From Schmidtea polychroa (taxonomy: Eukaryota), in contig CM097885.1 of NCBI GenBank assembly GCA_044892525.1, positions 23,622,001 to 23,686,000 on the forward strand: DNA of 64,000 bases. The letters run 5' to 3'. Positions within the stretch are counted from its first letter, which is position 1; every line of letters starts with the position of its first letter. Below are positions 39,948 to 52,141 of the stretch, piece by piece. The translations under genes were made by a program, and so were the position numbers. A model generated the notes under the pieces. The model was not told the DNA's origin, ran no database searches, and saw only the letters and a list, made by a program, of their open reading frames with translations.

Positions 39948-41467
39948 CAGTAATACCTCGTACAACGCTCTATATACGTTCCCGGAAATTGATCGTAATA
40001 GAAAACAGCGCTATAGGAGGCAAGAAACTAAACTTTAGGGGTTACGGTACTTCTGTGTTAAATAAATACAATTTTTTTTATTTTTAATTCATTTTTAATC
40101 AATAAATTGAAGATACATACATTTAATTCAGTTCAATATATACTTAAAAATAGAAATATTCGATACTTCTTCAATAAATAATGGAGTGTAAATTATCGGG
40201 CACAGAATTTTCATTTTCTTTAAGAAGAATTTTATTCCAAACACCTCGAATGGAATCATTTGTAACTTCATTCCAGGAGTCTCTAATAGTTTCAATCACC
40301 ATCATGATATTGAAACATTACCAAAATTTAAAAATTGTTTCCTTTTGTACATCAACTGTATGTAAAAGTTGCTTGAATATACGCCGAGGGTAATAGGCTT
40401 TAAAATTCGCTATAACTCCTTGGTCCATCGGTTGAATCAAAGAAGTCGTATTCGGAGGTAAAAAAATAACTTCCACAGGTATGGTTTTTGAAAACGCAGC
40501 TATATTTTTTGAATGCATTGTCAATTATAAGAAGAGCTCTGGATTCCAGTTTCTTACTCTCGCAATAATCTTTTACTACCGGGCAGAAATATTTCACAAA
40601 CCATAGCTCAAAAAAAGCAGCCGTTACCCAAGCCCTTACGTTTGGATATCGAAATGACATTATCCTTGGAGTAACCCTTCATTGCCCGAGGATTTTCAGA
40701 CTGATACAGAACCAACAGTTTCAATTTAAAATCGCCTGAAGTTCCCACCTAATTAAAGGGGCAAGCCGATCTTTGGCCGCTTTAAATCCAGGAGATCGCT
40801 TCTCTTCTCGTCTACGTTGAATATTAATTCGGGGGGATATTTTTTCTCCGCTATCAACGATTTTAAAGATTTAGTAAAATCTTTCACGGAACCTACATCG
40901 ACGCTAGCGGCTTCTCCACATTTTTTTGTTTTGAATATTAGCACGAACCTTAAATTTCTCAAACCATCCTCGGATTGCTGCAAACGTTTCTACCGATGAG
41001 CTGGCAGAAGGGTCGTCAGAGTTTTGTTTCTATAACTCTTCAAATAAACCTCTTGCTTTCTCCATTATGACTGCTTGACTCAATGACATATCTCTATTAT
41101 TTTGGTCTTCTATCCAGTAAGTCAACACTTTTTACATTTTTTCAATCATTGTGTTACGCGTTCGAGAGGTTTTTGTAGCTGAAAGTGGTGTTGTTGATTG
41201 CACAGATCTTTTAATTTTCTCAGCATTTTGCATAATTGTTCTAACAGTTGATCCGGGTAAATTCAATTCACGGCATACATCTACTTGACGTTCCCCATTT
41301 TCTATTTTTCGAATTACTATCAATTTTATATCCATGGATAAATTTCTTCTCGAATTTTTTGTTAAATCTTTCACACTTTCTTTCCGTTCCGACATTATTG
41401 ATAATATATTATTTAGTTATTTACAAAAATAAATAGAAACATTTCAACGAGAAACACCGAGTAACTG
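39948..41467 (-). mobile_element. Tigger/pogo (TIGD1-like) DNA transposon, frameshifted transposase 41395 to ~40130
   Basis: HTH (LSMDIKLIVIRKIENGERQVDVCRELNLPGSTVRTI), [65 protein letters not shown] left end; right end uncertain. Confidence 0.88.
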
Positions 41468-41555
41468 TTTAATTTTTGTTTCTAAAAAAATTCAAATGAT
41501 TTATGTGAATCCCCAAAATATAAACAAAAATGTATGGAAATTTGAAATCAATTTT

Positions 41556-41558
<3 letters not shown>

Positions 41559-41608
<50 letters not shown>
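41559..41608. repeat. (TA)n microsatellite
   Basis: Visible run. Confidence 0.95.
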
Positions 41609-41610
<2 letters not shown>

Positions 41611-42479
41611 TAAACGTCTATTAAATATAATATACACGAAACTAATTTGATGCCAATTTCCCATTTATAATTTCTCATATTGGTAATATGGATGTAATTT
41701 TATAGTCCTGAATGTGAATTTACATATTCCATTTCACATATGGTTTAAATGGAATTTGTTTCTATTCGTCATATAATTTTGATGATGGTTCATCTGTGAA
41801 TGATCGGTTTTCATTAATTAAAAGCTGGTTGTTGACTCGTCCAAATATTGTAGTAATACATATAACAATTATCTCTTACCTTGGTCTGGCTGGGTAGCCA
41901 GAACCACGCTCTGCTAGCATATCGAAAACATTATGACCCAGAAGACTTTCTTTATTAACTTAAGAAATACTCGTTAAATTATATTCGATTGAGTTGATTA
42001 GTAAATGCATCTGATGTTCATGAAAACATAAATTGGTTTAAATAGCGACTGCTCCTTTTTAATATTTTTCATATTTAAAATTTGAAATAATGATAAATTT
42101 TATGTTTTATACACAGTCTGTTTTATATACACAAATTTTCATTTGATTTGTTCGTTCTATTTTATCAAATAACAAATAATTACTTACATATTGTATTAAC
42201 AAATATGGATTCATATTATATTAAGTAATAAAAATAAGCATTTATCTTGCTAAAATGATGTTTATTTTATGATTTCATTTTTAAAATGAATAAGTATATA
42301 ATTACAAAAGTTAATTGTTTAGTCTATCTGTTTAATTAAAAGAATAATCTTTAGTTACATATTTAAAAATTATTACCAAAACATTCTAGAATATTCTAGT
42401 TAATTAACTAGAATAATATATCTAGTATAACTAGTATAATAACGATAATTAACTAGCAACTGCTGATATTTTAATATTA

Positions 42480-43210
42480 CAGTGTACTCTCGATGGGGAG
42501 GATTGTCACGGATAATCGAAAAATACGGATAATCACAATCATCAAATTTTTATTTTATTTTCGAATATAATATCATATACACAAGACAAATTTTTAACAC
42601 ATCTTCATATTCATTATTTATCAAAACAAACAAATAAGTAAAAATATAATATTTTATCATATATACGAACATAAAAATATAAAAAAGTATACTTTTATAT
42701 GTACATAAATTTTAAAAAAATATGTTATTTTCATTTGTTTTTGAGATTTTTTAACGAATCTCTTATTTCACTTCGAAATATTCTTAATTATATTCGGTTC
42801 CCCTTTGTTCAGCGTAATCCAGAATTGTTTCAATTCCATTAAATTGTGTTTCATGACTAACTTAACCACTGGTATCTTCCTCGCTTGTAGTATTACTAGT
42901 ATCTTCTTCCTCTTGAATAACAAGAGAAACGATATCAGGATCGTCCATGCGTTCAAAGCTTGGATCATTTAAATCATGATTGAGGGATTCCTCTATGTTT
43001 TCCTTATCTACGTCTTTGATTTTTAATTTTCTAATAATCCGCACATTTCAGATACAAAATTTTCTTCATTCTATTCCGAATCCATTAAATCTTTCCTACG
43101 AAAACTTAAGAATATTCGGGATAGCGAAAAATTCAGTTAAATCTATATTTTATAAATGTAACAAATTTCAAACAACGAATTTCCGGAATTTGTTAACGAA
43201 ATGATTTACA
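42480..43210 (-). mobile_element. Second pogo/Tigger remnant (3' end and acidic C-terminus)
   Basis: TA-CAGTGTACTCTCGAT end with GGATAATC subterminal motifs. MDDPDIVSLVIQEEEDTS..SHETQFNGIETILDYAEQ resembles the Tigger C-terminus. Confidence 0.65.
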
Positions 43211-43801
43211 CAGAAAATAGAAATATTTAACAAATAAATTATAGTTTAAACTTTTCCCAACCTTTCATCGATAATAGGCTTATCATATTTTCTCTTTTCG
43301 AACTTAAAATGGAAATTATATAAATGTGAATATTCATTTAAATCAATATTAAAGTAATAAATGAAAGAAATATATCAAATAAATAAATGAAAACATTTTA
43401 TGAAAATTTGTACCTTAATTGGATACTTGAACCATACAAAAAATATAAATTAAATCAGTGTTTTACGGAAGAAGACTGGATAATGAAATTTCATTCTTAT
43501 TGGTGACAGAAGTGACTATTAACGATTAAAATGAATGATATAAAATTTCAAATTACTTACATTGTGACTCCGAATCAGAGTCTAGTTCATCCCCAATATA
43601 AAATAGCAGTGGGGGCATCAACAATAATATTCCGATCATTGATTATTTGACATTCTTCATTCTTAATAGGAGCATCCCCAACACCAGTGGGGGCACCAAC
43701 AATAGTTTCGGATCATCGATTATTTGACAATCACCTGAAAATTTTATTAATTAATTATTTAAATAAAATAAATTTACTCGATGATAATTCCATAATAATA
43801 T

Positions 43802-43858
43802 TGGTGGGTTACAGGTAAGCAAACATTTTACCTTTTCATGCTGTTTCCAGCGTAACCC
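43802..43858 (-). ncRNA. tRNA-like three-way junction with encoded 3' ACCA (copy 2)
   Basis: Minus: GGGTTAC-GCTG GAAA CAGC-ATGAAA-AGGTAA(9 nt)TTACCT-GTAACCC-ACCA. Upstream hairpin CTTGATAC/GTATCAAG at 43882-43922. Confidence 0.6.
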
Positions 43859-44193
43859 AGAATACAAACAATGTCTTACCGCTTGATACCCATTGAGTGA
43901 TCAATGTTGGTGCTGTATCAAGTTGGTGAGTGTCCACAAAAAGCGACCGCATTACCTGTCCGATTCCTATTGGCTCCTATGACTAAACTGTTGCCCCAAA
44001 TTTAAAACACCTGTTTCGACCAGTCAGACGGGAGAATGACGTCTACCTCTGACTGGCAGTTATTGTTTTGGTTTTTGTCGCGTCTGTGTGCAAAATTGTT
44101 GTCAAATTGATGTGCGCGCACAGACGCGAAGAATTGAAAATTGATTTTGAGATTTTGCTGGAAGTTTGGTGTTGTTTTAAATGGAGAAAAAAA

Positions 44194-44292
44194 ATGGAAG
44201 GTGTCATTGAAATTAATATTCATCCAGTGGCTCTTTTCTCAATAACTGATGCATTTGAAAGAAGGTCTGACGTAAATTCTCGTGTCATTGGA
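44194..44292 (+). pseudogene. EIF3F: eIF3 subunit F N-terminal fragment (33 codons)
   Basis: MEGVIEINIHPVALFSITDAFERRSDVNSRVIG matches the eIF3f MPN start (LHPVILASIVDSYERR....RVIG). Similarity stops at RVIG, there is no GT donor there, and no downstream exon was recognised in the window. Confidence 0.75.
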
Positions 44293-44528
44293 AATGAATT
44301 GATATGTGATGATGATGTATATTCTTACAAATATAAAGTAGAAATTCAAAATATGTTCAATAACAAGTTTCGTTTATTTAATTTTCCCAAATCTGACAAT
44401 TTCAAAATGAAAAACTCTTGTACATTTTCTAGTATTATCCAAGATTTAGAAAATCTTAAAGAATCAGAGCCGTTATGCACGTATTCAAGAACATCACTAG
44501 TTACATTTATCACCGGAGACAAATCAGG

Positions 44529-45200
44529 TTAACAATAGTAATGATGGTGTAGTAGTAGGATGGAATCTAGTATTGATATTGAGTTGATATTGGGAGTATC
44601 AGTTGAAGTATCTGGAGATTCATCAAAGCATATAAGGTCAGCCGTATATAGCACATGTTCAGGTTCTTTCCTCCAGTCTGGACTAAGCATTAAGCCATTT
44701 GAACCATGAGACTCAAAGAAGTAAGGGCAGTTCCAGCAGGTCTTATTGAAAGTTTCAAGGTGATTGGATAATTTGGCCATGATCTTGTAGAATATCTTCA
44801 TATTTGGTTCCATATCTGGGTCTTCTTGGTTTTAGATAATGGTTAAATGGGAATGGTTTTGAAGTTTATGGAGTAAATGTTTAAAGATTGGCAAAGTTCC
44901 GATATGGATATGAGAGGGATTCTTAAGTTTCGTTCAGTGAGGCAGGATTTGAAAGATTTCTGGTGCTGGATTAGAATATCCTTTTACGCATTGTAGAATT
45001 CATCCACTGTCCGAGAGTCTTCATAAAATTTGAAGGTTGCTTTAACAGTTCGTAGCACCGATTTTAATAAATTTCATTTAAATAAAAATCTGCTCTGAGA
45101 AGACAGATTGGTCCTTTTAACGAGACTAGCTTCGGCGAGATGCCATAAACTTCTCCATCATCATTCTTTTATTGGACTTGCTCTAGTCCTGTATGCTCAC
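44529..45200 (-). pseudogene. Decayed unknown ORF upstream (minus sense) of terminus copy 2
   Basis: Long frames broken by few stops (LKSVLRTVKATFKFYEDSRTVDEFYNA*KDILIQ.., MEPNMKIFYKIMAKL..CWNCPYFFES). No family recognised. Confidence 0.35.
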
Positions 45201-45399
45201 AGGGCTGCTTCTGAAATATAATTTTGATCTTTTATTCTTTGTTATTGAATTCTTTGGCTCCGGTTACGATTTGATTTTTGTTATTCTTTATATTTGAGGT
45301 ACTGGGTGTTTTGTTAATTCAAATTACAACTATTATCAACAGGCAGATTTTATTATTGTGGACAGATGAAGACACAAACAAATAGACAGAATAATTAAA

Positions 45400-45770
45400 A
45401 ATCAACAATATTAATCAGCCATCACGATGTAAAAAGGTAAACATAGCCATCACAAGGCACAATAAAAATCATACTATCCATCCATAATATTGGAAAAAAC
45501 AAAACAATTAGTTATCACGATGCAAAAATAGGCTAATAACATGCTTAATAACAGTCATTACAAGGCGTAATTATAGTGAGTAATGAAACAGAACAAATAA
45601 AAATCACCGATATTAACCAGCCTTCACGATTTAAAAAGGTAAATATAGCCATCACAAGGCATAATAATAAAAATCATTATTAGGAAAAAACTACACTAGA
45701 TAGTCTAAACAGGCCAATAACAGGCCTAATAATAGCCATTACAAGGCGTAACTAAATAAATTGTAATGAG
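45400..45770. repeat. Degenerate ~195-bp tandem duplication with AGCCATCACAAGGC subrepeats
   Basis: AGCC(A/T)TCACGAT(G/T)TAAAAAGGTAAA(C/T)ATAGCCATCACAAGGCA occurs near 45417 and 45618. Confidence 0.75.
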
Positions 45771-46040
45771 TATAATAATATCAGTACTAACAACAGCAAT
45801 AATAAATAATAGTACAATAATAACAGTAATAATAATAGTGACAGTAGCAATAATAATAACAACAACAATACCAACAATAAAAAACAATAGTAGCAATAAT
45901 ACCAACAGTAGTAATAATAATAATAATAGTAGTGATAGTAAAGGTCATTACATGACGTAATAATATGTCATAATAATACTATTAAATTAATGCAATACAT
46001 TCATGTGGTAATTATAATAAGTAGCAATAAAATAAATATG
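45766..46040. repeat. (AAT/AAC/AGT)n low-complexity tract
   Basis: Visible trinucleotide mix. Confidence 0.8.
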
Positions 46041-46157
46041 TTAGTAGATAGCAACTATAAATATTAAATAGGTATATAAAGAAAAATAGTAATGATCATA
46101 TAGTTTGGTATTCAGGTAATATCCATAACTATGGTGGATAACCTTTAGTAAATTTAA

Positions 46158-46989
46158 TCATTTTCTCGCTCTATTGCTTATTTTACTTATTTTATATAAG
46201 TCATTTGGCAAAGGTGTTTGACACTTATAATTCATTAGGTTAATATACTCAGTTGTTAGGTTACGTCTATCTAATAATCGAACAAAAATAGCTACTTGTT
46301 CGTTAATATTAAGGTGATTCATGTATTTGTAGTCTTTAATTTTAATCTTAGTACAACAGCTGTCAAAGTAAGCGTTTATTATAGTCTTGTGATTTCTTAC
46401 TTCGTCATCTGTATTTATTATTATTTTAATTAAGTTAGTTTTATCTATCGTTAATGGAGTATTGTCTAGATTGGTTACTGAAGGGATATTTTTAGAGGCG
46501 ATAGTATTAAGTGCTAATACATTTTTATTATTGTCAATATATTTTGCATTAACAGTTGTAGTGATTAGAATGAAATTTTCGAAGTACATATTTAGCTTTA
46601 TTTTTCCCTTTCTACGTTCAAAAATTTCTTGGTCACTTATTGGTTTAATAGAAAAGGGTACTTTATCAATTTGATCGTCGATTAGTATCATGTCTTCTCT
46701 TTACGGAATATTTTTGCGAGAAGTGAGGTCTTAGTAGATTAATAGTAATTTCGGTTTTTGGTTCAAAAATTTTAGTACAAAATATAAGATTTGAATAGTG
46801 GGGTTTTGGTGACCTAATAAAATTCTTATGACTTGATTTGAGTTGGCCGAAGGCCGGCGAATTACGACTACTGAAAAAGGTTAAACATTTGTTCTTATCG
46901 TTAAGATGGGTAAAATGGGAGGTCGACGAGCTGCGTATACTTTTTTCGTCCTCTGGAGGAGGACGAAAAAATTTTTTAGCATGCTCATC
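46158..46989 (-). pseudogene. Unknown ORF (intact 177-aa 3' part 46158-46691; 5' part has stops)
   Basis: One frame from MSMLKNFF with three stops leads into MILIDDQIDK..; no family recognised. Confidence 0.4.
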
Positions 46990-47396
46990 GGATCTGAAAT
47001 TATTAGGATATTTAAACAAATTTTCTTTTTTATTAAGGTTTTCATTTTTGATTTTAGATTTTCTTTTCTTATTTCTATTTCTATATTTTTTGTATTTAAA
47101 TCTTTTAAAATTATTATGATTATCACTAAAATAATTAAAATCTTTTAAAAACCAATTAATGTTTTTCGAAAAATGACAAGTTTTTATTACTTTCCACGTT
47201 ATTATTAGTTATTATTATTTTTAAAATTTTTACCATTATTTGAATTTTTAAAATTATTACTTCTATTTTCATTAATTAATTTATTGGCACTATAAGTGTC
47301 ATTAGCATTAAAACTATTCGTATTTTTAAAATATTTATTATTACTTCCCACGTTATTATTTTTTTAAATTATTAATATTTATTTTAAAATTATTAA

Positions 47397-49888
47397 CCCT
47401 TTCGTGGACGCACTTTTTTAGTTGCTGTTCCCAGAACGTCACTTGCCATATCTTTTACATTTTTAAAGATGAAATTCTGAAAACAGCAAAATGAAAGAAA
47501 TGCAGTAATTATAATAATTTAATCATAAAATGATGATGCACATTTTGACGTTTTTTGCCGTCATGACACCCATGACAACTGAAAAGTTGTGGTAAGAGGC
47601 ATGACGTCAATAGACGTCATGACCGCTATACACGCCATGATAGTTAAAAATATTTTTTAGTGTTCTGTTCGGCACAATTATGGGGAATAAACGTCTACAT
47701 AATAGTTTATAAAATTCATAAATAAAGAAAAATATAATATTTATTATTTATTTATACAAAAATATCATATTTTTATTCATATACCACATTGCTTTAGCAT
47801 AAAAAACAGTTCAATTATCAAAACTTAAAAACAACAAAACAAAAATAATCTTATTATATAGTAACAGTTGTGTACATTGCAAATTTAAGTTTTATTTATA
47901 TTCTCAGGTGTGCCATTTTTCAAAACATAGTCCGGCGCAAGGAGCTGGCCTGTCCACGCAATTTTTACAACGGTATGATGTTTCACGCCTAACATTTTCC
48001 TTGTAGCATTGTTTGCAGCGCAAAAAAGTTGTTTTCCTTGACTGGTTATCAGCCGAAAGGATTTTTTTCTTGGAAATGTTGAATACTCTGTAGTAGTTCA
48101 AGTTGATAATCTTTGAATAATGTTGAAGTTGGAATAATTTCTATTCCTAACAAGGAACTTATTAATTTTTCACGAAAATCTAGCTGGCTAATTTTTTTAT
48201 TTGAATGTTTCTGGTATATATAAGAGGCATTCCAGACGGCTATTTCTAAAAGATGAAAATTCACCTTTTTGTACCATCGTATTGTTTTTCTTGGGCTGGA
48301 ATAGTAACTTGTCATCTGATCACTTTTATCAACACCTGACATATTGTAATTATATGCTTCTATCTCTGCTGGCTTCATTTTCGCCTTCCTGTATCTGTTT
48401 TTGACCTCTTTCATTACAGGCTTATATCCAGTTGTGATACTCAATACGTCCCTGTTATCTCTCCATTTACTTACATACACATTTTTATTTCTTTGTCATA
48501 TGTATTCACTTTTTTTAAATTTTTTTTATAACCATTGTAGGATTTCCTTTCCTATTTGATCGCAGAGTTTCAGTTGAGTGTGTCTTCTTTGTAAGTAATT
48601 GCCTGGATAAAGGAATGCTGTTGTAAAAATTATCCATATATAAATGGTGACCCTTGTTCAAGTACGGGTTCATTAGTCGGAGTACCAGAAATTGTGTTTT
48701 TCCAATTTCAGGTTTCTCATTCACGGATTTTCCCTTATAAATTTCAATATTTAATGTAAACCCATTTGGAGTGCACAATGCATAGAATTTTGTTCCATAT
48801 TTAGCCTTTTTTCCCTTAATGTACTGCCGAAAAGAGAGACGTCCTTTAAATAATAATAAAGAATCATCCAAGGATAAAGCTTCATCTGTATGAATCTTCC
48901 GAATGCTTCCGAAGAATTTTTTATTATTGCATTCAAAAGTTCTCGAACCTTAGATAACTTGTCGGTTTTATCAGCATATTGTTCATAATTCAGACAACGT
49001 AATATCTGCTCAAACCGTCTTCCAGACATGGTCGCAGGAAAAATAGGATGAAAATATAATGGAGATTTGCTAAATAAATGACGCGGAAATTTAATATTTC
49101 CTTGAAGTAAACAAAGTGCAAAGAAATGATTAATTTCTTCCACATCTGTTTCCTTGAATTTTTTAAAACGACAGTTTCTAGTTTTATGACCATTATCTTC
49201 ACACAACTTATTTCCATATATATTGGTGCACTTAACAAATGTTTCCATGATTTTTGGTGTCAATATCGTAGCATTATCAGGAAGAGCAATTTTAATATCA
49301 GATTTGGCATTATCAAAATGGAAATCTTGAATACTTTCTGTATCAGACGTCCAGTCATCATCATCACTATCAATATTTTCATCATTATTTTCCTGTTCAT
49401 CATTATTTAGTGCTTCCACTAAATTTTCGACGGAGATACTTGAATCTGAGACCAGCTCTGGTTCGTAATCTGGATCACCAGCAAACAGACCATCATCTTC
49501 AAATGGATCTGTGGAAATGGAATTGATTTCATCCGAATCGTCAAAATCATCATCTTCGACATCAGAAACTTCTGCAAATAATTTTTCTATTTTCTCTCTC
49601 TGCCTTTCACATGACATTTTTTGCTGTACAAATTTTAAATTATTTAGTATATTTTATAAATCCTACAAATAAATATTATTACCTTATTACCAAACACAAT
49701 CTAATTTTATTACCAAAAAAAAACAATATAACTTTTCACTGGGACACTTTTTTTATACTGAACAAATTTCCATAGACATTAAATGCACACAATTCATATA
49801 AACTCATATTTCGTGGCGTGTATAGCCGTCATGATTTTATTAGCAAAATAATTTTTGACGTGTATACACGTCATTGTCCATTAAAGGG
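47397..49888 (-). mobile_element. Full-length piggyBac element, frameshifted PGBD4-like transposase (49617 to 47904)
   Basis: TTAA at both flanks. TIRs CCCTTTCGTGGAC / GTCCATTAAAGGG. MSGRRFEQILRCL, DDSLLLFKGRLSFRQYIKGKKAKYG, YMDNFYNS, WRDNRDV, YNYNMSGVDKSDQ, RWYKK, and C-terminal CxxC..CxxC..C Cys-rich domain. Confidence 0.95.
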
Positions 49889-49949
49889 TTAATATCATTA
49901 TCATTGTCATTTTTCAAAAAAGATTGAGCTACGAGAAATAAGGCCTCAT

Positions 49950-50345
49950 TCATAGGACACTTATTTGTCGAATAATAATCATTATACAAAAACAATAATT
50001 CTGATTATAATTTACCTTTGACTGCCATATAGTTATAGCTTCATCAAATGCGCTCAAGAAGTCCGTGTGCTGCTCTTTAACCAATTTTCTTATTATATAT
50101 TGGTCTGCGATAAGTTTCCCCGCATATGTGTACGTATTCTGACTCACCTCTCTAATAATGTGGCTAACGAATTCCCAACATGCGACCTCCAAGTTCCTAG
50201 ACATCTCAATGGTTCCTGAAAAATAAAGTAAAAGGTGTTTAAGAATTAAAAACTCATTGATTTCTGCCCCAGTGCTAGCCAATGTTATATAGAGTAATTC
50301 TACTAAGCTCTGAGGATTTTCTCTAAAAATATTTAGCATGCTCAT
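49950..50345 (-). CDS. Unknown 131-aa protein
   Basis: Intact ORF. Shares a 19-nt start context with the 46.99 kb ORF. Confidence 0.4.
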   Translation of the reverse strand: MSMLNIFRENPQSLVELLYITLASTGAEINEFLILKHLLLYFSGTIEMSRNLEVACWEFVSHIIREVSQNTYTYAGKLIADQYIIRKLVKEQHTDFLSAFDEAITIWQSKVNYNQNYCFCIMIIIRQISVL

Positions 50346-50412
50346 CGGATTTCTGCGCAGTGCTATCGAATGTTATATTGGAATGAATTTTATCTGAGAT
50401 CATTTTAAAAAT

Positions 50413-50628
50413 CTAGAAAACTGGTAGAGAACTAGTAAGTTCTCCTAAGAAAATATCTGAGTTGCCATATAAAGCTGATATTAATGAATTAACATCAACT
50501 TTAAATTCGAATTCTTTTAAATTTTCAACTATCGCCTTGACTAGCTTTTCGACTAGACGCATTTTTCGCTTCTTGTCGTGCTCGGCATGAGACAATTGCC
50601 GGTGCTTGGGTTTCGCTTGTCGGAGCAT
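50413..50628 (-). CDS. Unknown small basic protein (71 aa)
   Basis: KPKHRQLSHAEHDKKRKMRL basic patch followed by a helical segment; tandem with 49950-50345. Confidence 0.3.
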   Translation of the reverse strand: MLRQAKPKHRQLSHAEHDKKRKMRLVEKLVKAIVENLKEFEFKVDVNSLISALYGNSDIFLGELTSSLPVF

Positions 50629-52088
50629 ACACTTTCATTGGTTGGGTCGGTCTAGATTTTGCTGACTAGTGCCTGTGATAAGCACATCAGGAGTGGTAGG
50701 TGATAATCTCGCTTCGACACAACTGTGACATTTCAATTACTGATTCGGTTATTTAATTATCACCTTAGGTAGATCGATCTGTATGCATGTGTTAAATTTT
50801 CGCACTCGATGATAACGTGTAATCACCCTGCTGTTTGTTCTCGCAAAATTTTTGTTAGTCACAATTTATTTTATCTGTTATCTGTTATTCGCAACATGTG
50901 TTGAGCAGTGTAAGATTTATTATCACCTGGTGGGGTTTCGCTGCTGATAGATTTTAAACCTATTCTATCTTGGGAAAATCATTTGGATAAATATTTATTC
51001 TACTGAAATGGAATGTAGCTCATGTTCTATGTCGGCCTATGGCACTCCTAGTGTCGTATTATTGATTGCACTCGTCAGATGATCTGCAATTACTGGCCTA
51101 ATGATTTCTAATCAGTTATACTTACAGTCCTAATTCAAAGAGTTGGTCAGAGTTATTGTTTATGTTATTGCCGTGCTATTTCTACCTTCTTATTTGGATT
51201 TTCTGTGATAAGAGAGATTTGTCATATATTTCTACTGTGTTAGTTCTACTGAGTACAGGACGTTTTCTACCTTGGCTATATTATGATGATGGCCTACTGG
51301 TGAAAGATCTAAAAATTTCGACGCTGAACGCCTCAGTCACCGCTCTACTCATTGGAACATTATCTTTTGAAATTTTTACTAGCACCATCTGTGATGAAAG
51401 AAATGTATGATTTTTCTCTTGAAATCTGACTATCTCGTCTATTGGTGACGGGTCCGTGGAGAAACCTCCACATTTCGGCCCAATATCAACCACAGTGATT
51501 GAAAACACCAGCACACAGCATCCCGAAGTTACCTTGAACAAAAGTGTACTGGGCAACAACTCCACTGTTCTATATATTCCCAAGCATGAACATGATTAAT
51601 AAAAATATTCTACCAAATATATACTTGCTATTATCATTATTATATTTCATCAATTAATATCAATAATTAAGATTCATTACGAAAAATTACTTCTAAAGAT
51701 TCATTAAAAGAAATTCACTACATTAAATTGTATCGATTGATGAGAGAAAAGTGACTACAAAATGTTTAATTTAGCATTACAAGTTTACAAATTTATATTG
51801 ATATACATGAATTATACTAGTAAAGATAAGATTCAAAACATAAAAACTTACCGATATCTAAGTAGTGAACTATCGAAGCGATATAGTTGAATTTGCTTTC
51901 TCAGAAATAACTTGCGAATAAATAGACTAGAACTTGATTTAAACTGTTGAAGATTCCTGGACTGAATTTACAATAGTCTTCAATAATAATAAGGAGAAAC
52001 TTTTTTTTTACTAATGCGTTCAATTTCAGAAAGAAATTGTTCAACACAATTTAGACCGACTTAAACAATTTAGAATGACTTATAAAAT

Positions 52089-52141
52089 CTTACTCCTGTC
52101 ATATTATTAATGCACAGTAACCCGCAGAAACAACGCTTCCC
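52089..52141 (-). repeat. Degenerate partial copy of the structured terminus
   Basis: Minus strand GGGAAGCGTTGT-TTCTG is near-identical to 60719-60736 and is followed by GGGTTAC; the remainder is decayed. Confidence 0.45.

Noticed and set aside
43840-43852. GCTGGAAACAGCA matches the extended sgRNA scaffold hairpin; possible CRISPR/tracrRNA
   Set aside because: No repeat-spacer array or cas gene, eukaryotic context; a short GNRA hairpin match is expected by chance or convergence.
44068-44532. The listed 154-aa ORF as a full eIF3f/MPN gene
   Set aside because: Only residues from 44194-44292 are homologous; the flanking translation is unrelated.
46930-46995. Hammerhead-like words (CCGATGAG .. 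GAGGACGAAA) and an A-AAA-AAT slippery site before the hairpin
   Set aside because: The core is CCGA rather than CTGA and stems I-III cannot be built. The slippery heptamer has no spacer before the stem.
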